Origin: Azolla caroliniana
Taxonomy: Eukaryota; Plantae; Polypodiophyta
Assembly (NCBI GenBank): GCA_043228905.1
Contig: JBHGNT010000011.1
Coordinates: 15,934,001 to 15,998,000 of the forward strand
DNA: 64,000 nucleotides
Direction: 5' to 3'
Shown here: positions 26,701-37,751 of the stretch, one piece after another
Position numbering within the stretch: the stretch's first letter is position 1
How the letters are laid out: each line of letters begins with the position of its first letter
Program-made: the position numbers and the translations under genes
Notes under the pieces: generated by a model
Seen by the model: the letters and a program-made list of their open reading frames with translations, nothing else
Databases searched by the model: none
What the model was told of the DNA's origin: nothing

Positions 26701-29357
26701 GTGCCGAAGAAGAACGGCACGCTGCGCTTTATTCAAGACCTGCAGCCGGTCAACGAGGTGACCATTCGAAACGCAGAAATCGGACCGACAATAGATGAGT
26801 TCGCGGAGGCCTTCGCCGGAAGGTCGATTTACTCAGATGGTGATCTCTACTCGGGGTACGATCAGTTCCAACTAGCCATAGAGAGCAGAGACATCACGAC
26901 AATGTGAACTCCTCTCGGCCTAGTGCGGATGTGTACCCTAGCGCAAGGAGGGACGAACTCGGTGGTGCACATGGTGAACGCAATGAACAAGGTGCTGAGG
27001 GATTGTATCCCGGACATCACCATGCCGTTTTTGGACGACGTCCCGATCAAGGGATGCTCGGTGGAAGAAAGGGACGAGACGATCGGACCGGACGGATGTC
27101 AGAAATTCGTGGCGACGCACATCAATGACTGCGAGAAGGTGTTGCAGAGGTTAGAGGGCACGAGGCTCACCTTTTCCGGGGAAAAATCGGCCTTCGGGCA
27201 ATCAGAGATCATGGTCGTCGGACACCTATGCGGGTCGTACGGCCGGAAACCGTCTCCGGCTAAGGTAGAAGCCATCTCCGCGATGAAGCACGACTGTAGC
27301 TCGGTCACGGAGGTTCGGAGGTTCTTGGGAGCATGTGCGTTCTACCACATATAGATCCCGCATTACGCCCAGGTCGCAGAGCCGTTATACGGGTTGTTGA
27401 AGAAGGGGCGAAAATTCGAGTGGAGAGACAAGCATATGGAGTCTGTCCGAAAGATGAAGGAAGCACTTGCCGCAACTCCAGCGCTCCAAAAGGCTGTCTA
27501 CGGAAAGAACACTCCAATTTACGTAACGGTAGACACGAGTTTGACTGGGATCGAATGGGTTGTCAACCAAGAGGATGAGGACGGCATGCGTTTCCTGATC
27601 CGGTTCGGCGCGAAGGTCCTCAGCGAGCGACAACGAGGATACGCCCAGGTTAAACGCGAGCTCTGGGGTATCGTTTCGGCGGTAAAGGCCGACAAAGACT
27701 ACCTGATCGGGACAGAGGTAATTATCGAGACGGACTGCCTGCCAATTCTTGGCATGGTTTCCGGATGCGCGGCGCCGGACCTGGCAATGCTCAAGTGGAT
27801 AGCGTACATCAAGTCCCTGAATCCGGAAATACGACACATTTCCGGGAAAGACAATGCCATGGCCGACATGCTTTTAAGGGCGAGGTTCAAAAATGAGGGC
27901 GGCATGGTTTCGGAGGACGAGGAAGTCGGCGTAGACTTCTTCGAGGCGGCTTACGTAACAACCGGCAGGGAGTGCACTCAACGCTTAACGATTTCGACGA
28001 GAGCAGGTACAATGGGGAGTGGCTGCAGATCGGCGGGTTCCTGAAAACAATGACACCGGACGCGGCATGGACAAAGGATGAGGCCAACCGGATTTGGAAG
28101 AAAGCGTACCGATTATTTCTCCGGGACGGGTACATATGGAAGCACCCGAAGAAGAGGATTGACATCCCACTCCGAGTGGTGGCGAAGAAGGAGGAACAGG
28201 AGGATCTATTGACGGTGTACCACGACAGTCCTTGGGTTGGACACCGTGGAACGTGGGCCACGTTCGAAAAGCTAAAGGGGAAGTACTGGTGGCCGAGACT
28301 ATACCGGGACGTGCATCAGTTCGTGACAACTTGCGAAAGCTGTCAGTTGCACTCCATGATCCGACACCAGGACGAGCTTCACCCGACCTACCCTCCGACC
28401 GTCCACTTCAAGTGGATGGTGGATTTGGTGACAATGCCAATGGGGGTAGGATAGATGCGGTATCTGGTGCTGGCTCAGGAGGATCTAACGAACCAGGTTG
28501 AAGGCCGAGCCCTGCAGAACAAGATGACTACAGCCGTGTGCCGGTTTTTGATTGAGGACGTGGTATGTCGATACGGGTGCGTAGGGAAGATCGTGGCTGA
28601 CCGTGGTGAGTTGGACGCAGAAGAGGCCGAAGAGCTGTTCGACCGGCTAGGAGTCAAACTTTCGCTCACCATAGCGTACAATCCGGAGGCGAACGGGAAG
28701 GTAGAGCGCGGACACGGGCCGATTGTCAAAGCGCTAGTACGGGCGTGCGGAGGCCAAGTCGGGAACTGGCCACGACTGCTACCTTATGCCTTGTGGGCGG
28801 ACCAGACTACGCACAGTTCGGTAACCGGGTTCATGCCAACAGATCTTATGTTCGGACAGAAGCCGATCATGCCAACAGAGCGAACGATCTCCTCGTGGGC
28901 CACGGTGGACTGGAGGGATGAGATGAGCCAGGAGGAACTGTTGGCGGCGTGGCTTCGACAGCTCGAGCGGAGGCTGGAGGACGTAGAGCGAGCCGTGGAG
29001 AAACTTCGGGTAGCCAGGATAAGGAACAAAGCCCGGTTCGACCGAACACACCGGCTCCGGCCAAGGAAGATCGAGGAAGGCGACTAGGTGCTAGTCTACG
29101 ACAACAGCCTCGACAATCAGCACAAGGCCACGCAGAAGTTCGCGAGGAGGTGGTTCGGGCCTTATGTAGTAACAGGCGCCAACGACAATGGGACGTACCA
29201 TCTTGCGGAGCTCGACAGTACGAGAATGGCGATACTGGTAGCGGGGAAGAGGATCAAAGCGTTCAAGAAACGACACGACAGTGAGCCGGAACTAGGGGGC
29301 ACGGACAGCAACGACGAGCAGCCCGAGGCGGGGGATGAACCGGTAAACGAGGAATAA
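23747..29357 (+). pseudogene. gag-protease (23747-25873) and pol (25870-29357) of element C
   Basis: ORF track fragments 23747-24079, 24098-25873, 25870-26136, 26170-26907, 26923-27354, 27394-28044, 27972-28454, 28455-29087 and 29088-29357. Confidence 0.9.
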
Positions 29358-30090
29358 AAGCAAGGACCGGTTTTCTCTAGTAGGAACCCAATTTTGGCGC
29401 ATACCGGTGGATGCGCGGTTAGGTGGGGGCGGATGTCGTGAAGGAAACCGTCCCCAGGCGCAAACCGTGTATAGTGTGTGTGAACCGGCCCTTACACGTG
29501 GGCACGCCCCTTGTTGTATAGTAGATAGGTAGGCGCAAAAGTCAAATCCTAGGTAGCAATATTCTATAGGGGAAATCGAGGAGTATCTCTGTACAAAAGG
29601 ACAGAGAATTAATGTGATGTAAACGGGTGAGACAGTCTCCCTCCTTGAGCTATAAAAGAGAGGGAGACGGGGGAGAAGGTATCATGCGCTGGAGGGGACG
29701 AAGTGCTGTCGGACTGGGACCGAGCTCTGCTTCTCTCCATAGCTTTCTTTTGCGCAGGTTCTCAGGAGGCTGATTCTGCTCCGTGGAACGCCCGTGTGCT
29801 TTCGGCAGAATCTCCATCTTGCTCCCCTGTGTGCGTGGGTGATCAGGCGTCGACATCCATCTCGCTGACCTGATCGGCTGTAACCGTTCAAGTTGTCTGC
29901 ATACATATATTTACATACATACTCTAGTGTTCTCAACTCGTGTCTCCTATGTTGTTGGGCCACGTCCCCGTGTGCTTCTTTGTCTATACGTGAGTGAGCG
30001 TCTCTCTCTCTCTCTCTCTCTCTCTCCCTTTTCTCACCTATTCCTCGGTCCAAGACCCCAGTGGTCCGGCCTTGTTCTCCACGTACACGC

Positions 30091-30710
30091 TGTCGAGGTA
30101 TTCCTCGCGGATGCGTGGAATGAGGCGGGACCTCGGGGGTCCTGTACCGAAGAGCAAGGGAGAAAGGAGAGGGGAAGAGACCCACGAGGTGCGAACGTAG
30201 ATTCACAGGGACACGGCCCTTCGACACGAAGACGCGAGTGGGACAGCGACACAGAGAGACACGAATCTATGTATGTATTAAAAAAGACAAACAACAAGAC
30301 ATGAAGTCGGTTACAACCGAACAGGCCGGCGAACAGATGCCGATGCCTGTTCGCGAACGCTCAGAAAGGAAAGAGTAGGTTGGAGGTGCTGTCGGAAGCA
30401 CTCGGGCATTCCTCAGAGCAGCGCGAGCCTCACGAAACCTGCACAGAAAGAAGCTATGGAGTATGGAAGAGAGAGGAGCCTTCGACCGACAGCCCGACAG
30501 CACTTCGTCCTCTCTGATTCCGCGATCCCCACCCCCTCCTCGTCTTCCTTCTTTTATAGGCAAGGAAGGAGCCGTTTCTCATTAATTTCCTACCTACCAA
30601 ATCTACCTACATAGGATCTTCTATGTACAACATACGGTGTACGTTCATGAAGAGCCGGTTCCTATGCTCCGGCGCACCGATTCCGCTCGTGGACGGTTTT
30701 CTTCACGACA
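30091..30710 (-). mobile_element. Solo LTR of the C/D clade, inserted in inverted orientation in the 3' LTR of C
   Basis: Reverse complement reads TGTCGTGAAG...CCTCGACA and is homologous to 46846-47484. Flanks are ACGC/GCGC; the uninterrupted 5' LTR has GCGC at this site. Confidence 0.88.
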
Positions 30711-31333
30711 GCGCGTAACAACGCGACACCGTCTCCTTGGTTCCTTGCATGGGGAGTGCACGACAGAGTCTCCACTACTCGCCGGTTCCTCATCGGACTG
30801 GTCCGATTGACTCAGTCTCTCGTTCGGCCCACTCAACCGGAACGATTCCGGACTCTCATCCTGAGTCCACGCTTCATCATCCTCTACTTGGGCCGGTTCG
30901 GGATCACTAGCCTCATCCACCAACATCGGGTCAGATTTAGAAGTCGGAGTCGGTAAGGAGTACCACGATGCCGATTCATCAAACTCGACATCTCGACTAA
31001 TTCAGACCTGCTTTGTCCGGGGGTTATAACACTTATAACCCTTTTGCTCTTGAGCATAGTCGATTAGGATGCATGTTTTCGATTTTGCATCCAGCTTCCC
31101 CCGCTTCTCATTCGGTACATGCACAAATGCAATGCTACCAAAGATCTTAAGGTGTCTCAAATTCGGCTCTCGCCCGAAATACAGCTCGTGAGCTGACACC
31201 TTGTCACCGATCCGGTTCTGGATGTAGACAACCGTTCGGACTGCCTCCGCCCAGTAGAATTTGGGCATGCTCTTCTCCTCCAGTATTGCCTTTGCCGCAT
31301 CGATAAGCGACCAGTTCTTCCTCTCGGCAACAC

Positions 31334-34300
31334 AACCCCATAAATTATCCCAATTACAATGATCCTTGTCAAACTCATCTACATGTATTACTTCGGCATA
31401 TGTCGCTTTTTTCTCATTAATTTCCTCAATGCCCTTAAACCTCTTAGAGCTTCCAATGTCTTCCCTTTCACGATTACATTCAACCATCACATTACTCTTT
31501 TTTGGATTAATTGTTTCGATATCAATGTCCCCCACAATTTGAGAGGAATTCATGTTTATATCCATTATTCTTGATGTGATAGTGATCTTGTAAAGAATAG
31601 TGTGCGGAAGCAAGTAGAAAACCGAAGACAGAAAAATACGCAAGTTTAATGGAGAGCTTGAATATACACAGTACGCGGGAGAGACACACAGAGAGAGAGG
31701 ACACAATACTCTATTAAAAAAATAACAGTTCTCTGTAATGCTCTGTACATCGTATGTGTTCAGTGAACACTTTTATACAAGTCCATACGGACTGACAGAA
31801 GTACGGTGTACTTCAATGCTCACACGAGTGTCTGACACTAACTACGAGACATTAACTATCTAGTAGCCTAGGTTGCTACTAAGCTTCTGGTTACTACTGG
31901 ATCTGGCTAACCGGCTCCCCAGCTCACTGGCTCACTGGCTCACTTGCTCACTTGCTCACCGATCCGGCTCAGGCTTATTCAGGTGATCCGGATCTGGTTG
32001 AGCTTGCCGCTCAACACTCCCCCTCAAGCTCAACTTGAGGTCGGATCGTAGTGTCAGTCTCCATGGCAGCCGGTCCTTCCACCCGACTCCTTCTGGCGTC
32101 ACTCTGCCTCGCTCGCGCTCCTCGTCCGGTCCGGTTCCATTTTCCGCAACCCTTCTGATTCTGCGCACCTCGACCTCCTCGGTCGGTTTGTCTGCTCAAC
32201 ATACCCAATTCAGCTCCCTCGCTGTTATGACTTCAGCGCTTGTCGACCCGCCGGTTCCTTCGTGTTGGTGTCGACTTCCGCTGCCTTCTCGTCCGCTTGG
32301 CCTTTAGTTGATCTGGTTCTTCTAAATCCGTCTGTTGAACTAGATCAACTGTCTCCGACTCGTTCCAACTCTTGTCCGAATCGATCGCTCCCAATTCGTC
32401 TTCCGGTTCCAGGCCCTTCACCACATTGGACCATGTCCGGGACTTGGCCTTCTTCTTCTTGTCTCCCCCTTTGTCGGTTCTTCCCTCACCGGCACAATCG
32501 GTAGTTTCTTTGCCTTTGCCCATTCTGGTGTCTTTGCCCGTTCTCCCCCTCAAGTGTGGCATGTCGAGATGCTGAACACCAAGCATTTCGGTGAAGTGCT
32601 ACAACTTGTCTGATCCGAATGGTTTGGTGAAGATGTCGGCAACTTGCCGATCCGTATGAACATACCGAAGTTCGACTTCACCGCTCAGGACACGCTCACG
32701 CACGAAGTGGTAGTGCACTTCTATGTGCTTTGTGCAAGCATGGAATACGGGGTTCTTGGCGAGCTGCATGCTGCTTATGTTGTCGCAGTAGATCAAGATC
32801 GGGGTCAGCACCTCGATCCGCAAGTCTTGCAGCAGTCACCGAAGCCAAATGGCTTCACAGGTGGCAACGGTAGCACCCCGGTATTCAGCCTCAATGCTCG
32901 AAAGGGCCATTGTTGGCTGCTTTTTGCTGCTCCACGCAACAGCCACGCTACCAAGGGAAAACATATAGCCGGAGGTGGATCGCTGATCCGATGCATCGCC
33001 GGCCCAGTCGGCATCGGTGTAGCTGACTAACTCTTCGGTTATACCATACCGGTATAACAGTCCCTGTTCCTTCGTGCTGCTCACATATTGCAAAATTCGA
33101 TGCGTGCATAGAAGGTGCTCCATAGTCGGCTTCTGCATATATTGGCTGATCACGCCGACCGGATAACTGATGTCGGGCCAGGTGATTGTCAAATATATAA
33201 GGCTTCCGACGATTTTTCGGAACCTCTTCTCATCGTAGGCCGGTCCGGAGTCGGGACGGAGCTTCTGGTTCCGGTCTAGGGGTGTGGAGATCGGTCGGCA
33301 TTCCGTCATGCCGAACTTGTACAACATATTCAACACATAGTGTCTTTGTGAGAGCAGTATGCCGTCGGGGGTTCGGAGCACCTCGATCCCAAGGAAATAG
33401 TGAAGGTCCCCCAGGTCCTTCATCTCAAATGCATCTGACAGTTGGTTTCGTCGAGTACAAGTCCGGTGATGACTAGATCATCATACAACAAGATGCAAAC
33501 CGGACCGTCCGGACCTTGTCGGATGAACAACGAAGAGTCAGACTTGGAGGCCGCAAACCCCATCTTATGCAACCGGTGCGTGATCTTCACATTCCAAGCT
33601 CGGGGGGCTTGCTTTAGTCCATAAAGTGACTTCTTCAGCCAGCATACCGCCGACTTGGTCATCTCCGACTGGAAACCGGGGGGTTGGGTCATAAAGACCT
33701 CTTCTTCAAGATCGCCTTGAAGAAATGCATTCTTCACGTCCATTTGGTGAAGATGCCACCCCCTTGCCGCAACAACCCCTAGCACCACACGAACTGTCGT
33801 CATCTTCGCTACCGGAGTGAAGGTCTCGTCGTTGTCGATTCCGTGGGTCTGTGCGTATCCCTTCGCCACTAATCGGGCCTTGTACCGGTTAACCGAACCG
33901 TCAGCATTGTACTTTACCTTGTACACCCACTTACATCCGATCGGTTTATAGTGTCGAGGAGGATCAACTAGGTCCCATGTGTCGTTGGCATCTAGTGCCC
34001 GCATTTCTTCCTCCATAATGGCATGCCAATTTGCGTCCTTTGCCGCTTCTACGTAGCTCTCCGGCTCATGCACTTCCACCACCTTGGTCATGTACGCATA
34101 GTGATGCGCCATGTACTCATTGTACCCGTACCGCTTCACGGGGTTCTTCTGGAGGGAAGACCAACATAACTTGGTATTACCTGGTTTGGGGCCCTTCTTG
34201 GCCAGGTTGGACTTCGTTCTCGAAGATCCACCTTTATCCTTTCTGGAGTAGGATTTGCTCCGATCCGACTCATCGTTGCCGGTTTCGTATTCCCGCATCT

Positions 34301-35081
34301 TCTTCTTCCCCTTTTCTTTGCGCGTGAACCGTCTCCTCGGTTCCTTGCACGGGGAGAGCATGGCAGAGTCTCCACTACTCGCTGGTTCCTCATCCGATTG
34401 ATCATCCCGACTCAACCGCTCATTTGATCCACTTAACCAAAACGATTCTGGACTCACATCTAGAGTCTCGAACCCTTCGTATTCTAACTGGACCGGTTCA
34501 GGCTCACTAGCCTCATCCTCCGGTATCGGGTCGGGGTCGGAAGTCAGAGCCGGTAAGGCATACCATGATGCCGTCTCATCAAACTCAACATCCCGGCTAA
34601 CTCGGACTTGCTTCGTCCGGGGGTTATAACACTTATAACCCTTTTGCTCATGCGAGTAACCGACCAGGATGCATTTCTCCGACTTCGCATCCAACTTCCT
34701 CCGCTTCTCATCTGGCACATGCACATATGCAATGCTACCAAATATCCGAAGGTGTCTCAAATTCGGCTTGCGCCCGAAATACAGCTCATGCGCGGACACC
34801 TTGTCACCGATCCGGTTTTGGATGTAGACGGTCGTCCGGACTGCCTCGGCCCAGTAGAAATGGGGCAAGCTCTTCTCCTCTAGCATTGCCCTTGCCATGT
34901 CAACAATTGACCGGTTCTTCCTTTCGGCCACACCATTTTGCTCCAGTGTGTATTTGCAACTAAACTCTCTCCGAATTCCTTTTTGCTACAGATAACTGTT
35001 GAATTGGCCGGAAAAATATTCTTTTCCGCCATCCAACCGCAGGCACTTGATCTTGCTCTCTGTTTCCCGTTCAACCAGGCT
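31334..35081 (-). mobile_element. Captured segment from a second copia locus: integrase-RT-RNase H, PPT, a different-subfamily LTR (31589-32016) and 255 bp of non-copia flank (31334-31588)
   Basis: ORFs 33420-34931, 32836-33423 and 32599-32823 duplicate the pol of element A. The LTR at 31589-32016 is related to, but clearly different from, the A LTRs. There is no partner LTR and no TSD. Confidence 0.85.
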
Positions 35082-36964
35082 CTGTTGTGGTGTGTATCTG
35101 CAGCTGAACTCTCGCCGAATTCCCGTTTGCTGCAGATAACTGTTGAATTGGTCGGAAAAGTATTCTTTCCCGCCATCCGACCACAGGCATTTGATCTTCC
35201 TCTCCGATTCCCGTTCCACCATGCTTTGGAGACTCCAGAAACACTTGAAGACTTCACTCTTACGCTCAATGAGGTAGATCCATGTGTGTCGCGTATAGTC
35301 GTCGATGAAGGAGACGAAATATCGACTCCCGCCAAGACTAACATTCTATGCCGGTCCCCACACATCCGAATGGATTAGGTCGAGCTTGTTACGGCTCTGG
35401 TTACGTTCGGTAGGGAATGGAAGCCAGTGTTGCTTTCCGAGTTGGTAGGCTTCACATACTTGGGCCTTCCGGCCGCTGAACTTCGGCAAACCGAAAACAA
35501 CTTGCTTCGTTTGCAAGTCTTGAAGCCTCCGGTAATTGACATGGCCTATCCGCTTGTGCCATAGGTCGATGTCCGATTCGACCTTCTATCCTTTTGCAAA
35601 CAGAGCGGTGCCGACGTCATTGGTGTCGAGGATAAACATCCTCCCGTCTCTGCGCCCTTGCACAATAATTTGGCCCTCTTCCTCGATGAAGCACCCGAGG
35701 TGCGTAAACCGCACCTGCATCCCTTGGTCGACGATCTGTCCGATCGACACCAGGTTCTTCGTGATTGTCGGAACGTGTACTACGTTCATCAGCTTCCCCT
35801 TCTGTCTGACGTGGCTCAAAGGGACTTCTCCGACGTGCACGATTGGGTGAGGAGTGTTGTCTTCGGTTTCAACTACTCCTGGTTGATCCGGTTTTTCCAA
35901 AAAGGAGAACCACTCTTTGTGGCTCGTCATGTGGTTCAACGCACCGGAGTCAACATACCAGACTTCCTCCGATTTGGAAGCGGTCTTCTTCATCGAGTTC
36001 GCATCGTGCTTCATCACCAAGGCTGGCCCGTTACCGTTCTTGGATCCTCCCGATCCCTTCGCATAGTGTGAGCTTTGCCGGCCATCCTTGCCGGCCTTGT
36101 CGGATCCGGATTTGTCCGAATCGGCTCGTTTTCTCCAACACTCGCTTTCTCTGTGGCCCTTTTTGCCACAGTACCAGCATTCCGTTGCTGACTTCTCTTG
36201 CCGTCTTCCGGTGTCGCCATGACTCCCCCTGCCTGTGGAAGTCTCGGAACTGTTGTCGGCACGTTCTCTGTGCCTTCTTTCTTGCTCTTGCCGGCCGCCT
36301 CAATTGCGTGCTGACCCGCCTCATCCACCACGCCCACAGGACCGATTTGCCTCTGTGTACAGCATCCGGCTGTTAGTGGGTGCGCTAGTTGATGCACTGG
36401 CGTGGTTCTCCTCTACAAGGAGCATCAACTGTAAGTCGAAAAATGACGGCATATTCTCCCTTGTACACACCGCCGTTCGGAATGCTCTGAACTTAGATGC
36501 CAGGCCCCCAAGATAGACTTGTACCATCTTGTCTTCCTCTACGGTAACGTTGATAGAGGCGAGCGAGTCATAGATCTCTTTGATCCGGGGCGTGTAATTC
36601 GCCATCGACATGTCCTTTTGTCGGACATTGCTCAACTCCTGTCGGAGTTGCAGCTTCCTGGTTGTAGTGCTTGCGGCGAAAACCTTCTTCAGGTTCCCCC
36701 AAGCCTCCTTTGGCGTCTTGGCGTCTCGGATGTGGCTCAACAGCTGGTCTCAGACACTGGACGCGAAGCAATACATCACTCTGCTTGCCGATTGTTCCCA
36801 CACTGGGAAGTCCTTATGTGCCGCATCAGGTGCTGTTTCGTTGGCTCCTTCGACGAAACTCAAGTAGCCATGCCCAAGCAAGTACTGGTGCATCTTATAC
36901 GACCAAGATGCATAGTTGGATCTGTCGAGTTTCTCCACAGGGAGCTAGCCATCCCTCTATCCAT
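35082..36964 (-). pseudogene. Copia A gag, protease and integrase N-terminus
   Basis: ORFs 36750-36938 (KLDRSNYASW), 36321-36740, 35586-36020 (WYVDSGA..HMT) and 34986-35222 (SDGGKEY). Confidence 0.9.
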
Positions 36965-37751
36965 CACTTCTCTATCTGCTGTTTTATGACCTGTTAGGGT
37001 TTGATTTCAAGCGTTTTTCGGCTGTAGAGGAGGTTCTCAACCCTCGCGCTCTGATACCATGTAAACGATTACTTGTGGAAGCGTTAGAAAACAGAGAAAG
37101 TAGGGAATACACAGAGTACGCGGGAGAGACAAAGAGAGCAGAACGCAAAAGCTATATTCAAAAACGATATAATTACTCTGTGTTGTCCAAAGGACAGAAA
37201 TGTAAATTAGGAAATTAACGAACGGCGGTAGTGTATACGAGTAGGAAAGAACTCCAGCGAGCGCCGAGTCCAAGTATCACGGGCCAACGACGGCTCGGCT
37301 GTGTATTAGGGGAAACGTTATTTAAACAAGGTCGAGTACCTCAAAGAGGGGGTAGAGAAAAAGTATAGGCGGAAGCACTAGCAAATTCCATCGTAATTAG
37401 ATACTATTGTAAGGTCACCGGCCGTAGGCCGCGCTCTGTAACCCTTTTGCTGTCGCATTAATACATATCAGTTATTGTGCCCATCTTGCTCCAGGAGTCT
37501 GTGTTTTCTCTCGTGTTTTTGAATTAAGCGCCGTCCACGCCTATCAAGATCTCACTAGTGTTCTATCTCGGATTATTTTCTACCTCACGACGCCTCTGTT
37601 TACGAGCCTTCACGTAACACATCCTTTGCTATCGATAACTTAAGGTCTATCGAAGGTGTCACCCAAAGGAACGGGTAACACAATTTGGCACACCTGGTTA
37701 CAGTTGTGAGTGCACAGCGAATTTCATTGAAGGTAACCACCAGCTGCCGTT

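Larger units (their letters stand above)
23039..30728 (+). mobile_element. Ty3/gypsy element C (tRNA-Trp PBS, 4-bp TSD, gag-pro / -1 / pol)
   Basis: LTRs 23039-23703 and 29434-30728 (the latter interrupted), termini TGTCGTG...GCGACA, TSD CCGT. PBS TGGTGAACCCGACGTGAA at 23708-23725 is complementary to the plant tRNA-Trp 3' end; PPT AGGTGGGGGCGGA. Contains gag with a CCHC knuckle, protease (LVDHGSEIN), RT (FLDD), RNase H and integrase, with several premature stops. Confidence 0.93.
20703..31333 (-). pseudogene. Copia A pol 3' half (integrase C-terminus, RT, RNase H), split by gypsy C
   Basis: ORF fragments 31002-31333, 22555-23004, 22069-22494 and 21051-21668, with stops and frameshifts. Confidence 0.9.
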
